The notes: generated by a model from the letters alone, not told the origin. A stretch of 64,000 nucleotides of DNA from Reichenbachiella sp. (GCA_049115835.1 JAGDZN010000011.1:66541-130540); one strand, 5' to 3'; shown: positions 28,199 to 39,118, numbered from the stretch's first letter. Made by a program: numbers and translations.

Positions 28199-29464
28199 AT
28201 GAGTCAAAATCGCAGAAAGTTTATTCAAAATTCGCTGGCATTAACATCAGCAGCAGCCTTATCAACTGGCCTTGTATCCTGTAAAAATGAAGATGTAAAT
28301 AAGCAAAAATCGTTTAAATCAATGGTCAATGATGTGAAGTTCATTACTGCTGAAGAGCGATTGTATCGAATTGAAAAGGCACGAGAACTAATGACTGCTC
28401 AAGGTGTGGATGCTGTTTACTTGGATAGTGGTACAAGTATGCGGTATTTCGTTGATTTGAGTTGGCATCCAAGCGAACGCATGATGGGGGTATTGATTCC
28501 TAGAAAAGGAGATATCCAATATATATGCCCCAAGTTTGAAGATGAAAGACTCAATGAGCTTATTTCAATTAAAGGTCAATTACGAACTTGGGATGAACAT
28601 GAAAGTCCTTATGACTTAGTAGGGAAAATATTAAAGGATTTGGGTATCTCAGAACCCAAGATTGGAATGGAAGAACGGGTTCGGTATTTTATTGCCAATG
28701 GCATACAAAAGGCAATACCTTCTGCAACAATTGTCGACGGAACACCTGTTGTGGCTGGATGTAGAAGTATAAAATCAAATGCAGAATTAGCATTGTTAAA
28801 ACGTGCTAACGAAATAACTTTAGAAGCCTATCGTATTGGTTTTTCAAATCTAAAAGAAGGTATGACTCAATATGACCTGAACGATCTTATCTACGAAGCT
28901 TTCTTAGGAATGGGGGCCACGGAATCAGGTTGGGTCGGGGCATCCTTCGGTAAATATTCGGCATTTCCACATGGAAGTAAAGAACCCTCACGACTTAAAG
29001 AAGGTGATATTGTATTGGTAGACGGAGGTTGTATTCTAGGAGGTTATCAAGCAGATATTACTCGTACAACAGTTTTTGGAGTGCCCAGTCAAAGGCAAAA
29101 AGACATTTGGAATGTTGTAAAGGAAGCTCAAACTGCTGTATATGAAATAGCAAAAGCTGGAGTACCATGTCAAAATTTAGATGCAGTAGCAAGGCAAGTT
29201 ATTGAACAATCCGGGTTTGGTAAGGGATATGAAAACTTCTTCCATCGTGTGGGTCACGGAATTGGTATGGATTTTCATGAATGGGAATACCTCGTTAAAG
29301 GAAACGAAAAACCCATGGCTCTTGGCATGTGTTTTTCTAATGAACCTGGAATTTACCTTTATGATGAATTTGGTGTACGACTAGAAGATTGTTGGTATGC
29401 TACTGAAAATGGATATGAAGCTTTTACACCTCAGAGTCCATCCATAGAAAACCCTATCGGCTAA
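28199..29464 (+). CDS. M24-family Xaa-Pro peptidase, Tat-exported lipoprotein
   Basis: RRKFIQ twin-arginine signal, lipobox LVS-C, metal ligands VDGG, ADITRT, HRVGHG, NEPG, RLED. Confidence 0.9.
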   Translation: MSQNRRKFIQNSLALTSAAALSTGLVSCKNEDVNKQKSFKSMVNDVKFITAEERLYRIEKARELMTAQGVDAVYLDSGTSMRYFVDLSWHPSERMMGVLIPRKGDIQYICPKFEDERLNELISIKGQLRTWDEHESPYDLVGKILKDLGISEPKIGMEERVRYFIANGIQKAIPSATIVDGTPVVAGCRSIKSNAELALLKRANEITLEAYRIGFSNLKEGMTQYDLNDLIYEAFLGMGATESGWVGASFGKYSAFPHGSKEPSRLKEGDIVLVDGGCILGGYQADITRTTVFGVPSQRQKDIWNVVKEAQTAVYEIAKAGVPCQNLDAVARQVIEQSGFGKGYENFFHRVGHGIGMDFHEWEYLVKGNEKPMALGMCFSNEPGIYLYDEFGVRLEDCWYATENGYEAFTPQSPSIENPIG

Positions 29465-30058
29465 TCAATCTCTATTTTTACCCATAAATACATTGACTTT
29501 TGAGTTGATTGGATTTCCACTTGCTCGACGAAATGCTACGACTTGTCCAGTGTGATATAGAGCGTCCGAGAGTGGACCGTTTAGCAAATTCCATAGCGGA
29601 AAACTATTGGTATTATCTCCTCTTTGGAATTTAACTTGCAAATCCGAAATCTCAGATTCTGTTTTGTTCATCATTATCTCGCTTGCTTTTTTGAGATTAT
29701 TCAATGTCCCTTTCCTAAAATCATTGAAGTTCATTCCAGTACTCACTGAAGGTCGTATGTTTGGTTCATCTTTCGCTGCATTGACAATCATCTCAGAAAG
29801 ACCAAATAAATGCTCAATGGTCTCATCAGTTTGTCTTGAATCCTCAGAAGGTTTATATTTCAGATCCTCCTCTCTTAATCCTTCGGTAGCCCAATAAAAA
29901 CGATATCCAAGTCCGTCAATCATTCTCGCGATAACATTTCCAGCCCCATAATTCTCAGGATATACGGGTATTTCACTATAAGGAAAAACATCGTTCTCAT
30001 TTTGTGCTTGAATATCTGACATAGCAAAGCATATAATAGCAACAATAAAGTATTTCAT
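29465..30058 (-). CDS. Secreted DinB-like four-helix protein
   Basis: Signal peptide; TIEHLFGL and DALYHTGQVVAFRR His motifs. Confidence 0.7.
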   Translation of the reverse strand: MKYFIVAIICFAMSDIQAQNENDVFPYSEIPVYPENYGAGNVIARMIDGLGYRFYWATEGLREEDLKYKPSEDSRQTDETIEHLFGLSEMIVNAAKDEPNIRPSVSTGMNFNDFRKGTLNNLKKASEIMMNKTESEISDLQVKFQRGDNTNSFPLWNLLNGPLSDALYHTGQVVAFRRASGNPINSKVNVFMGKNRD

Positions 30059-30125
30059 ACTTCAATGATAATAAAAAGATGATCCCCAAGTTCACAAGTG
30101 GTTCAATCATCTTCTTATATCTAAT

Positions 30126-30854
30126 TCAGAAAACAATAATCGCATTTAGGCTTAATGCTCCAAAAACCCATTGATCATCTCCTACTTCATTGACCTCTAC
30201 TCTTGTTCTCATTTGTTGATACAACAACTGCAGTTCGATGGCTTTGTCCTTCTTCTTAAATACCGAGAATGAATAACCTGCACCAATGCTGCCACCCAAT
30301 CCAATACCAAATTGATGAAAGAAATTCTGTTCACCTTCTTCATTCACAAATCGATTTTTAGTCAATACCGACGCTGAGCCGAAATCTAGTAATGCGTAAA
30401 GGTTAGTCTTTTCAATAGGGTAGTACTTCAAAGCCAAATTAATCTGGAAAAAATTAAAATAGAATCCCTCCTCATAGCCTCCATCTGAAGGTTCAGAACC
30501 CGTCAATGCCATCCTCATCATTGCTCCTAACATTAATCCCTCTACTTTTTTAATAGGCTTGTAAAAACCTAGAGAAAAATTTGATCCCGTATTTGAAGAA
30601 TAACTTCCAACATCAGAACGAACGCCTTGTGAATTTTCATAATAACTCAGACCGTCATCTCTAATATCAAGCGATCTTTCAAGTTCATAACCACTTTGCA
30701 GAAGTGGTGTAACAAAACCTAAACCTATATTTATCTGAGTATTTTGAGAAAGTGTATTTTGACCACTCAATGTATGTACAGTTAGCAAAAACACACATAA
30801 AGTAATTGCGCAAAGAAATCTAAGTTTGATAGATTGTAATAAAGAATAATTCAT
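30126..30854 (-). CDS. Outer-membrane beta-barrel protein
   Basis: Signal peptide, alternating amphipathic beta strands, C-terminal Phe. Confidence 0.7.
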   Translation of the reverse strand: MNYSLLQSIKLRFLCAITLCVFLLTVHTLSGQNTLSQNTQINIGLGFVTPLLQSGYELERSLDIRDDGLSYYENSQGVRSDVGSYSSNTGSNFSLGFYKPIKKVEGLMLGAMMRMALTGSEPSDGGYEEGFYFNFFQINLALKYYPIEKTNLYALLDFGSASVLTKNRFVNEEGEQNFFHQFGIGLGGSIGAGYSFSVFKKKDKAIELQLLYQQMRTRVEVNEVGDDQWVFGALSLNAIIVF

Positions 30855-30949
30855 AGTTCAGTATAATTTTTTAATTCTGAACAAATATGAAAAAGACTCC
30901 ATCTTCATCCGCCTCAGATTACAATGTGAGACCTCTTTTATAAATATAT

Positions 30950-32071
30950 TTAAGCAGCGGCCTTAAATTCCTTTGGAGACAAGCCTGTGAATTGTTTGAA
31001 AATTCTATTCAAGGAAGCTTTAGAATTGAACCCGCTGTCAAGACCTAATCCTAATATAGTATAGACCTGTTTTTCTGGGTCCAATAATAAGGATTTGAAA
31101 TGTTCTACACGATATTCATTAACAAAATCAAAAAAAGGTTTCTGTGCTTTTAGATTGATGGTTTGAGAAATTTTGTTCGAAGACACATTCAATCGCTCTG
31201 CGATTTCTTGAATCTTTAGCTGTGCATTACAATACAATTTCTCCTCTTCAAACAAGGCCACTAATTCCGCAAAAAGTACTTCCATTTCCTCATTGGTCAA
31301 AGATGATGTTGCATACTTTTTCTCTTTATTCATCTTAAGGTTAGCATTAGATTTTGACGTTGCATCAAAAAAATTAGCAATCGAATACTGTTTGATGCCA
31401 CAAATACAGAAGTAAAATAGGGCCAGAACCAAACTTGTATTCAGTAGTAAATATGGAATCGATATGTCCTGAATAATTCCGAAATTATACATCAAAAAGA
31501 CAATCGGAGAGATTAAATTGATCACAATGTACATCCAAACGAAATTTCTAAACCAATTCAAATGGATAGCCTCTGTATTGGAATAATATTCCTTTATTTT
31601 CATTTGATACTTTCTAAACTTTTTTAGAAACCAAAAAAGTACAAGGATGACATAAAGGAAATGCCCTTTGTACAAAACATGATAAATGAACGGTGGAAAT
31701 TCATACAATTCCTTTAACCCTTTTTGATCATAATTATTGAATATAAAAAAGTCTGTTATAACAAAAATGGTTGCCGTTATAGCATAGCTTCCGATAAGCA
31801 ACCATTTTATTTGAAATGTGTGATTGGGTGCAATTAATAGCAAACCATAAATAACCAAGGAAGGAAGTAAATAGAAACTGATTAGTATGTTCAATATTAA
31901 GCTCGGATAGCTCAATGACTCCTTTACCCAAAGGTCTGAAAAAAGAAATATTGCCAATAAAACATTAGTAATAAGTAAGACATAGTCACTTTGAATTTTG
32001 GTTTTTTTCTGCATAATGAAAAGAGCCAAAACAGCCAAAATACTGATACCTACAATGTTGATCTGCGGCAT
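30950..32071 (-). CDS. Membrane-anchored AraC-family transcriptional regulator
   Basis: Several N-terminal TM helices; C-terminal FFDFVNEYRV...GLDSGFNSKASLNRIFKQFTGLSPKEF. Confidence 0.9.
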   Translation of the reverse strand: MPQINIVGISILAVLALFIMQKKTKIQSDYVLLITNVLLAIFLFSDLWVKESLSYPSLILNILISFYLLPSLVIYGLLLIAPNHTFQIKWLLIGSYAITATIFVITDFFIFNNYDQKGLKELYEFPPFIYHVLYKGHFLYVILVLFWFLKKFRKYQMKIKEYYSNTEAIHLNWFRNFVWMYIVINLISPIVFLMYNFGIIQDISIPYLLLNTSLVLALFYFCICGIKQYSIANFFDATSKSNANLKMNKEKKYATSSLTNEEMEVLFAELVALFEEEKLYCNAQLKIQEIAERLNVSSNKISQTINLKAQKPFFDFVNEYRVEHFKSLLLDPEKQVYTILGLGLDSGFNSKASLNRIFKQFTGLSPKEFKAAA

Positions 32072-32132
32072 TCTATAGATAAATTAGATCCAAGCGATTC
32101 AAATTTAGCTAGAAGCCTCGAAGTGGATTCAT

Positions 32133-32777
32133 TTATTGTTCTGTTTCTTCAGAAGCACTTTCATTTTCTCTATTCTTCATGATTTCCAAAATTTGCTTTT
32201 GGTAATTCCTTTTTATCTGAAGAGTCTCACCAATAAAGTCTCGAAAATCTTTGCGATGTGTATTTGTCCATAAAACAATGAATTCAGTTAAAGCCCATAT
32301 CAGTGGCCCAAAACCCTGTATTGTAAATAGTGTAGGGTTCCATTCTTGCAATTTTGGCCCTCTAGTAGTAAATGATAGGGCTTGGTAAGCTTCATCTGAC
32401 ATGGACATGATTGCCATGTAGGTTATTACCAAGCCGAAAATCATGAAGAGAATATCAACAAATGCTCTTAAAATAGCTTCATTCCACCCAACATCGGTGC
32501 CATCGAGTTTCACCACTTTGATCCCTGCAATATGTTTGCCTGGAGTAGCGCCATATTGTTTGATAAAAAATATTTGATATATGAAGCCAAAAACAAGGGC
32601 TTGAAAAACTAAAGTAACTAGAGCAACTTGTTGACTCATCCCTTGCAAAAAACCTAAGCCAATGGCAAATGGCATAATAATGAGGAAGTCTAGGACGAAA
32701 GCGCCAATTCTAGGTCCAAATCCAGCGTACACGCTTTCATCAAATTGAGGAAATAATTTTGGTAATAAAGTTTTCAT
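32133..32777 (-). CDS. RDD-family membrane protein
   Basis: YAGFGPRIGAFVLD, GATPGKHIAGIKVV, R...D motif in HRKDFRD. Confidence 0.85.
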   Translation of the reverse strand: MKTLLPKLFPQFDESVYAGFGPRIGAFVLDFLIIMPFAIGLGFLQGMSQQVALVTLVFQALVFGFIYQIFFIKQYGATPGKHIAGIKVVKLDGTDVGWNEAILRAFVDILFMIFGLVITYMAIMSMSDEAYQALSFTTRGPKLQEWNPTLFTIQGFGPLIWALTEFIVLWTNTHRKDFRDFIGETLQIKRNYQKQILEIMKNRENESASEETEQ

Positions 32778-32861
32778 TTTGCTTCTGTTTTAGATTGATT
32801 CTAAAAAGTTAGTAGGAGAATGCTTCTAATTATTACACTGGAAGGTCTCACTTAATTCAAA

Positions 32862-33362
32862 TCAATTCTTACCTTCCTTCAGTAGCTTAATAATAATTCC
32901 AATTTGACCCATATGATATAGGTCGTGGTGCAGGAGACCTTCTATCAAAAATTGGAAGTTTTTCTCTTCATTGTAATCTGGGTCAAAATATTTTTCTTCA
33001 AGAAAATCATCGTTTTTTGATGCCAATATACTTTTTAAGACTTGACAAGAATGCATGAATGTTTCTAGTAGTTTGTCCCAACCTATCCTTTTCAATTCTT
33101 CATTTTCGGACCATTCTTTCTCCACTTTCCGTGGATTCCCATTGCAAGCCCGATCTATAATAGTAGTTCTCCAATTGGTTAAATGCCATACAATTTCTGC
33201 AACACTATGCAATGTTGGCAGAGGTCTAATAAAAGCATTTCTTTCCGTTACATATACGAATTTGATTTTATACGTGTCATATATCCAAGGACTTCCTTGA
33301 AGGATTAATTCGAGTTGATCGGAAATAGAAGATATAATTTGACGATTCATTATTGGTTCCAA
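32862..33362 (-). CDS. DinB-family protein
   Basis: HSVAEIVWHL and LHHDLYHMGQI motifs. Confidence 0.85.
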   Translation of the reverse strand: MEPIMNRQIISSISDQLELILQGSPWIYDTYKIKFVYVTERNAFIRPLPTLHSVAEIVWHLTNWRTTIIDRACNGNPRKVEKEWSENEELKRIGWDKLLETFMHSCQVLKSILASKNDDFLEEKYFDPDYNEEKNFQFLIEGLLHHDLYHMGQIGIIIKLLKEGKN

Positions 33363-33478
33363 TTAGAGATTTCATTCTACGCAATTTAACAAAACACTTA
33401 TGTGAAAAGTGAAGGCTTTTTAATGTTGGTGAACTTAGAAACTGAATTGGACTAAATTGTGATCTTACGAAAACAACT

Positions 33479-34453
33479 ATGAGAAACCTACTGATTCTTA
33501 CTTTAATGTCCTTTTTATTTGGTTGCTCTACTAAACAAAAATCAGAAAACAAAAAATCTGATGAAGCTAAGAAGCTACTGCAATATATCAGCCAATTAGA
33601 TGATCAAATTTTATCCGGTCAGCATTGCTATAGTCATGAACCCAATAAGTATTATGATAAAACATTTGACATCACTGGAAAATACCCTGCCATTTGGGGC
33701 GCTGACTTTTATTGGAGTAATGGTAAAACTGATCCCGGTTTCGAATTAGTCGGTGAAATCATTAAAAAATATGAGGCTGGGGCAATCATTACATTAATGT
33801 GGCATGTTGGAAAACCCACGGACAATGCTCCTTTCGGTTGGAAAGAAAGTGTGCAAAGTGAAATTTCTGATAATGAATGGAATGAGCTTATCACTCCAGG
33901 GACTGCACTGCATCAACGTTGGTTAAATCAAGTGGATCAGTTAGCTGTCCACCTTAATAAACTGAAAGAGAAAAACATTCCGATTTTGTGGAGACCTTAT
34001 CATGAAATGAACGGTGTTTGGTTTTGGTGGGGTGATAAAAAAGGCAAAGGTGGTTTTGAAGCTTTATGGAAATTATTATTTGAGCGACTTAGCAATTATC
34101 ATCAATTGAATAATCTCATTTGGGTTTGGAATGCAAACGCTCCTCGTGATATTCCACAAGACGAAGCATTTGCTTACAAGGACTTTTATCCAGGCCACGA
34201 ATACGTAGATATTTTAGCGACCGACGTTTACCACTTTGATTATGAACAAAAGGACTACGATCAACTTTTAGAATTGGCGGAAGGCAAACCTATAGCGCTG
34301 GGTGAAGTAGGCCAATTGCCTAAAAGCAATATTTTGGAAGCACAACCAAAATGGTCCTGGTTCATGGTCTGGTCAGGATGGTTGATAACAGCAAATTCTG
34401 AGGAAAGGGTCAAAGAGGTTTACAGCTTTCCAAAGACAATTTCTCGAGATTAA
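33479..34453 (+). CDS. GH26 beta-mannanase-like lipoprotein
   Basis: Lipobox LFG-C; WRPYHEMNGVWFWWG acid/base motif and ALGEVG nucleophile. Confidence 0.9.
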   Translation: MRNLLILTLMSFLFGCSTKQKSENKKSDEAKKLLQYISQLDDQILSGQHCYSHEPNKYYDKTFDITGKYPAIWGADFYWSNGKTDPGFELVGEIIKKYEAGAIITLMWHVGKPTDNAPFGWKESVQSEISDNEWNELITPGTALHQRWLNQVDQLAVHLNKLKEKNIPILWRPYHEMNGVWFWWGDKKGKGGFEALWKLLFERLSNYHQLNNLIWVWNANAPRDIPQDEAFAYKDFYPGHEYVDILATDVYHFDYEQKDYDQLLELAEGKPIALGEVGQLPKSNILEAQPKWSWFMVWSGWLITANSEERVKEVYSFPKTISRD

Positions 34454-34486
34454 AAAAGTATTCAAACTATTCTCAACAATTTTTTA

Positions 34487-36955
34487 ATGCCATCTGTCCT
34501 CACTATTTTAAGAACATTCAACCCCCAATTCATGAAAAATCTAATTCTAACTGTTTCACTTTTTTGCATTTTTTTTACTGCTCTCAATGCTCAAAAAAAG
34601 AATTCCAAAGTTCCTGCAAATTCAAAAATAAAATACGAAGGCTATTTCAATTTTAGCTATGATTCATCAACCGACCGAATAGCCTTAGAGGTCAAACAAC
34701 TCAATGTTGATTTCATGTATGTGAATTCGTTGGTAACAGGACTAGGTTCCAACGATATTGGATTAGACAGAGGGCAAATCGGTAATTCACGCGTAGTAAA
34801 ATTTGCAAAGGCAGGGAACAAATTATTGCTGATACAGCCCAATCAAAAATTCAGAGCATTGAGTGATAACCCCGAAGAAGTTAGAGCAGTTGAAGAAGCA
34901 TTTTCGCACTCAGTGCTATATGGGTTCGAAATAATAAGTAAGAGTAATGGAGTCTATACAATAGATATCACAGACTTTCTGATGCAAGATGCTCATGATG
35001 TATCAGGTCAGCTTGAAAGATCAAAACAGGGTAATTACCAATTGGAAAAAAGTCGTTCTGCTTTGTATCTTGAGAGAACTAAGAATTTTCCAAAGAATAC
35101 TGAATTTGAAGCTTTGTTGACCTTCACAGGAAAACCAAAAGGAAAGTATATCAAAAGTGTAGCACCAACACCGAGCAATCTTACAGTTCGTCAACACCAT
35201 TCTTTTGTAGAATTGCCAGATGACGATTATGAACCACGCGTATTTGACCCCAGAGCCGGTTATTTTACCATGAGCTATTTAGATTATGCCACACCCATTG
35301 ATCAACCTATTGAAAAAAGATTCATTTACAGACATCGGTTAAAAAAGAAAGACCCAAGTGCCGAAATAAGTGAAGCCGTTGTACCCATTATTTACTATTT
35401 AGATCGAGGAGCTCCGGAACCCATTCGTTCTGCTTTAATGGAAGGTGCACAATGGTGGAATCAGGCGTTCGAGGAAATCGGATACAAAGACGCTTTTCAA
35501 GTAAAGCTATTACCAGAAGGTGTTGATCCTTTGGACATACGATACAATGTTATTCAATGGGTTCATCGCTCAACGAGAGGTTGGTCATATGGCGGAGGAG
35601 TTTTTGATCCACGGACTGGTGAAATAATAAAGGGCCATGTATCTCTTGGTTCTCTAAGAGTCAGGCAAGACTTTTTAATTGCAGAGGGCCTATTAGCCCC
35701 TTATGAAAATGGTACAGAAATTCCGGAAGAAATGGAAGAGATGGCGCTGGCAAGATTAAGGCAACTTTCAGCTCATGAAGTGGGCCATACCATTGGACTG
35801 GCACATAGTTATTCATCCAGCACAGAAGGAAGGGCTTCCGTAATGGATTATCCCCATCCATTAGCCGAAATCGAAGAAGGAAAAATTGTACTCAAAAATG
35901 CTTATGATGATAAAATTGGGAATTGGGATAAAGTAGCCGTTGCTTATGGTTACCAAGATTTTGTCCATGATGCTGATGAACAGAAAGAACTTGATAAAAT
36001 TATTTTGAATAGCTTGAAAAACGGTCTGTCTTTTCTTTCCGATCAAGATGCAAGACCTCAAGGTGGGGCCCATCCTTATGCTCATCTATGGGACAATGGA
36101 GAAAAAGCTTATGACGAACTTGATCGGGTAATGGAAGTTCGAAAAATAGCTTTAGAAAAATTTGGCGAAAACAATATTAGAAAGAACATCCCCTATGCTT
36201 ATTTAGAAGAAGTACTTGTCCCTATTTATTTTTATCATCGATATCAATTAGAAGCCGCCGTAAAATATGTAGGTGGTTTAAACTACCGCTATGCGGTACG
36301 AGGGGATGGCCAACTCATTACTCAAATGATATCTGACCAAGAACAAATGAACGCACTCAATGCAATAATTAATTCATTGAGCCCTGAATCATTGACATTG
36401 CCTGAAAGCATCATCAGCAGCATTCCTCCTCACCCTCTTGGTTATTACCGAACTAGAGAAATCCCGAATGTGCGAACCTCATTAACCTTCGATCCATTGA
36501 GTATGGCAACTGCATCAGCAGATATGACTTTTGATTTACTTTTTCAGCCATCAAGGTTTAATCGATTATTAGAATATAATGCTCGTGATGCGAGCCAACC
36601 AGGGGTTGAAAAAGTATTAGATGGGGTTATGACCAAGACCTGGAAATCAGTTCGAAAAACTGGCTTTCAAAAAGAGATTCAACATACTGTTGAGATGAGC
36701 ATGCTTCAAGGGCTATTTAGCCTTGCCTCCGATGCAAATTGTACGGCTCAAGTGAAAGCCATTACCTGGCTAAAACTTGATGAATTGAATAAGTGGTTGG
36801 CTACCAATATGAAAAAAGATGAGGCCCATTTTTATTGGGCAAAAAATCAAATTGATTTGTTCAAGAAAAATCCATGGGATTTCAAAAAAGAGCCTGTTCT
36901 TGAACTTCCTGATGGTTCACCTATAGGAATGGATTTTAGTTGTGATTTTAAATAG
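34487..36955 (+). CDS. Zinc-dependent metalloprotease (DUF5117/DUF4953, EcxA-like)
   Basis: HEVGHTIGLAH, SVMDYP Met-turn, PRVFDPRAGYF; likely start at MKNLIL. Confidence 0.88.
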   Translation: MPSVLTILRTFNPQFMKNLILTVSLFCIFFTALNAQKKNSKVPANSKIKYEGYFNFSYDSSTDRIALEVKQLNVDFMYVNSLVTGLGSNDIGLDRGQIGNSRVVKFAKAGNKLLLIQPNQKFRALSDNPEEVRAVEEAFSHSVLYGFEIISKSNGVYTIDITDFLMQDAHDVSGQLERSKQGNYQLEKSRSALYLERTKNFPKNTEFEALLTFTGKPKGKYIKSVAPTPSNLTVRQHHSFVELPDDDYEPRVFDPRAGYFTMSYLDYATPIDQPIEKRFIYRHRLKKKDPSAEISEAVVPIIYYLDRGAPEPIRSALMEGAQWWNQAFEEIGYKDAFQVKLLPEGVDPLDIRYNVIQWVHRSTRGWSYGGGVFDPRTGEIIKGHVSLGSLRVRQDFLIAEGLLAPYENGTEIPEEMEEMALARLRQLSAHEVGHTIGLAHSYSSSTEGRASVMDYPHPLAEIEEGKIVLKNAYDDKIGNWDKVAVAYGYQDFVHDADEQKELDKIILNSLKNGLSFLSDQDARPQGGAHPYAHLWDNGEKAYDELDRVMEVRKIALEKFGENNIRKNIPYAYLEEVLVPIYFYHRYQLEAAVKYVGGLNYRYAVRGDGQLITQMISDQEQMNALNAIINSLSPESLTLPESIISSIPPHPLGYYRTREIPNVRTSLTFDPLSMATASADMTFDLLFQPSRFNRLLEYNARDASQPGVEKVLDGVMTKTWKSVRKTGFQKEIQHTVEMSMLQGLFSLASDANCTAQVKAITWLKLDELNKWLATNMKKDEAHFYWAKNQIDLFKKNPWDFKKEPVLELPDGSPIGMDFSCDFK

Positions 36956-36971
36956 CCAGCAAAAAAGTTTT

Positions 36972-37718
36972 TTAAAAATCTAATTGAACGGTTTTGCCAA
37001 CTGGGATGAGTCGATTACCCGCTTCTAGGTTTTCAGAAGTATAGGACTCAATATGATTTTTGTTTACAATAAACGATTTATGAGTCCTGATAAAATGTTC
37101 TGGAAGTTGTTTTTCAAGTTCTTTTAAAGTGATATAACTTATCATTGGTTTTCTCGCTTTCATATAGAAAGTGACATAATTTCCTAAGCCTTCTATGTAA
37201 TAAATATCCGAAGTTTTAATCCTATAATTCCTTTTCTCGGATCGCACCTCCAATAAGGGATCACCTCTCATCACGTTTAAATTGTTTTCAATTTGCCAAT
37301 AATCAAACATTTTCATTGCAAATAGTAGAAGTACAGTTGTATTAATTAGCACCATAGAACGAACAATGTGTTTTAAATCCCATAAATCTATTGACTGGTT
37401 TGAAAAGAATATCTCATAGAAATAAAATGTAAAAAATCTCTGCAATACACCACTTACTATCAACAACAGGCTCAAGGCGATCCCAAATTTCAACAGTTTT
37501 TTGTTCAGCAAATACTTAGGCATCAACAAATAAATTGTCAAATAAGATGCACCGATTCGAATAGGCATTAATATAAATTCTAAACTAAAAGATTTGTGAT
37601 AATTACCATCATTAGACCAAAGCAAGCTAAAAGTCAAATAATAGATTCCCCAAAACAGAACGTGCGTAATAATGCGTGATCCGAATAAATATTTCGAAAT
37701 GTGTTTTTCCATAATCAT
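36972..37718 (-). CDS. LytTR DNA-binding protein with N-terminal membrane domain (no receiver domain)
   Basis: About four TM segments, then YYIEGLGNYV...FIRTHKSFIVN LytTR motif. Confidence 0.82.
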   Translation of the reverse strand: MIMEKHISKYLFGSRIITHVLFWGIYYLTFSLLWSNDGNYHKSFSLEFILMPIRIGASYLTIYLLMPKYLLNKKLLKFGIALSLLLIVSGVLQRFFTFYFYEIFFSNQSIDLWDLKHIVRSMVLINTTVLLLFAMKMFDYWQIENNLNVMRGDPLLEVRSEKRNYRIKTSDIYYIEGLGNYVTFYMKARKPMISYITLKELEKQLPEHFIRTHKSFIVNKNHIESYTSENLEAGNRLIPVGKTVQLDF

Positions 37719-37783
37719 GATAAAAGTGTCTTATACATAAAAAAGAAACCTGTTGGTATAAAAACCTGATTTCATGTCTTCCA

Positions 37784-39118
37784 ATGGCCTACTTTCATGT
37801 CAAAAATTTAGACATGAGAATAACAAACATACTGATACTTCTGATTTCTTATAGCACAATGGCACAGGATCTACCTAGAAGAGCTTCATGGAATGCATCA
37901 TTCAAAAAGCTTGAAGGGGATATTGGAGTTATGATCACTTCTCTTGAAATAGATGGTTCATTGCATAAAGCTGGGTTCGAAACTGGAGATATTATTATTA
38001 AAGTCAATGACCGATTAATTTATTCTAGTGAATCATGGACAAGTGCCACTTATGGCTTGAGGGCCGAAAATAAGACCAATATCTTATTCAAAAGAGGGGT
38101 GAAAGTTATTTCTAAATCTATTCGGTTCAGACCATTGCCATTTGAAGAACATGAAGGCATCAACACTTATTATGAGCATATCACCAACGATTACGGAATT
38201 CGTCAAAGAGTACTAATTACAAAGCCCAAAAATATCCAAGGAAAACAGCCTGCTATATTTTTAATCCAAGGACTTAGCTGTAGTAGTATAGAAAATTATG
38301 GGGCTCTGCAACACAACTGGGCTAGGCAAATCAATGATATTGTTGAAAAATCTGGAATGGTAGTTATGCGTGTCGAAAAACCTGGAGTAGGTGATAGTGA
38401 AGGAGACTGTGCAAAAACGGATTTCAAAACAGAACTGGAAGGATACCGAGCAGCTATACGTTTATTGAAACAAAAACCATACGTGGATAGCACAAAAATT
38501 GTGGTTTATGGATCTAGTATGGGAAGTGCCCTCGCACCTTTAATTGCTAATGAATACAATCTGTCAGGAGTCATCTCAGATGGTACTTTTTTTAAGACTT
38601 GGTTTGAACACATGCTGGAGATAGAGAGACGAATTAGAAAAATGAGTGGTGACAATGAAAGTACAATTCGCCAAAAAATGAATCAAGGATACATACCGCT
38701 CTATTTTGGAATGCTCATAGAGAAAAAAAGCTATTCAAAAATCATCGATGAAAATCCGTCCATTACTGAGTTCAATTATCATTCTCCTAATCACATGTAT
38801 GGTCGACCTTTGGAATACTACCAGCAGTTGCAAGACTATGATCTGGCTAAAGAATGGGAAAATTTGAAGGCCCCAATTCGAATACTTTATGGTACAAATG
38901 ACTGGATTATGTCCAAATCTGATAATTACATGATCATTGACATGCTAGACAATGTTGGGCACCAAGATCATCAACTACATCTCTATCCAGGGCTGGATCA
39001 TTGGAATACTATTCACATATCGCCCAAAGATTCCTTTCAAGGAAAGCCTGGTAAATGGGATCCAAAAGTCCCAGAACTAATAATTAGTTGGGCAAAAGAA
39101 ATGGTAGAAAAAGAATAA
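37784..39118 (+). CDS. Secreted PDZ-domain alpha/beta hydrolase
   Basis: PDZ-like LHKAGFETGDIIIKVND, nucleophile GSSMG, C-terminal GLDH; likely ATG 37814. Confidence 0.8.
   Translation: MAYFHVKNLDMRITNILILLISYSTMAQDLPRRASWNASFKKLEGDIGVMITSLEIDGSLHKAGFETGDIIIKVNDRLIYSSESWTSATYGLRAENKTNILFKRGVKVISKSIRFRPLPFEEHEGINTYYEHITNDYGIRQRVLITKPKNIQGKQPAIFLIQGLSCSSIENYGALQHNWARQINDIVEKSGMVVMRVEKPGVGDSEGDCAKTDFKTELEGYRAAIRLLKQKPYVDSTKIVVYGSSMGSALAPLIANEYNLSGVISDGTFFKTWFEHMLEIERRIRKMSGDNESTIRQKMNQGYIPLYFGMLIEKKSYSKIIDENPSITEFNYHSPNHMYGRPLEYYQQLQDYDLAKEWENLKAPIRILYGTNDWIMSKSDNYMIIDMLDNVGHQDHQLHLYPGLDHWNTIHISPKDSFQGKPGKWDPKVPELIISWAKEMVEKE

Noticed and set aside
30911-30936. 20-bp-period CCTC repeat between the AraC gene and the beta-barrel gene
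   Set aside because: The conserved core is only 4 bp, too short to distinguish from chance
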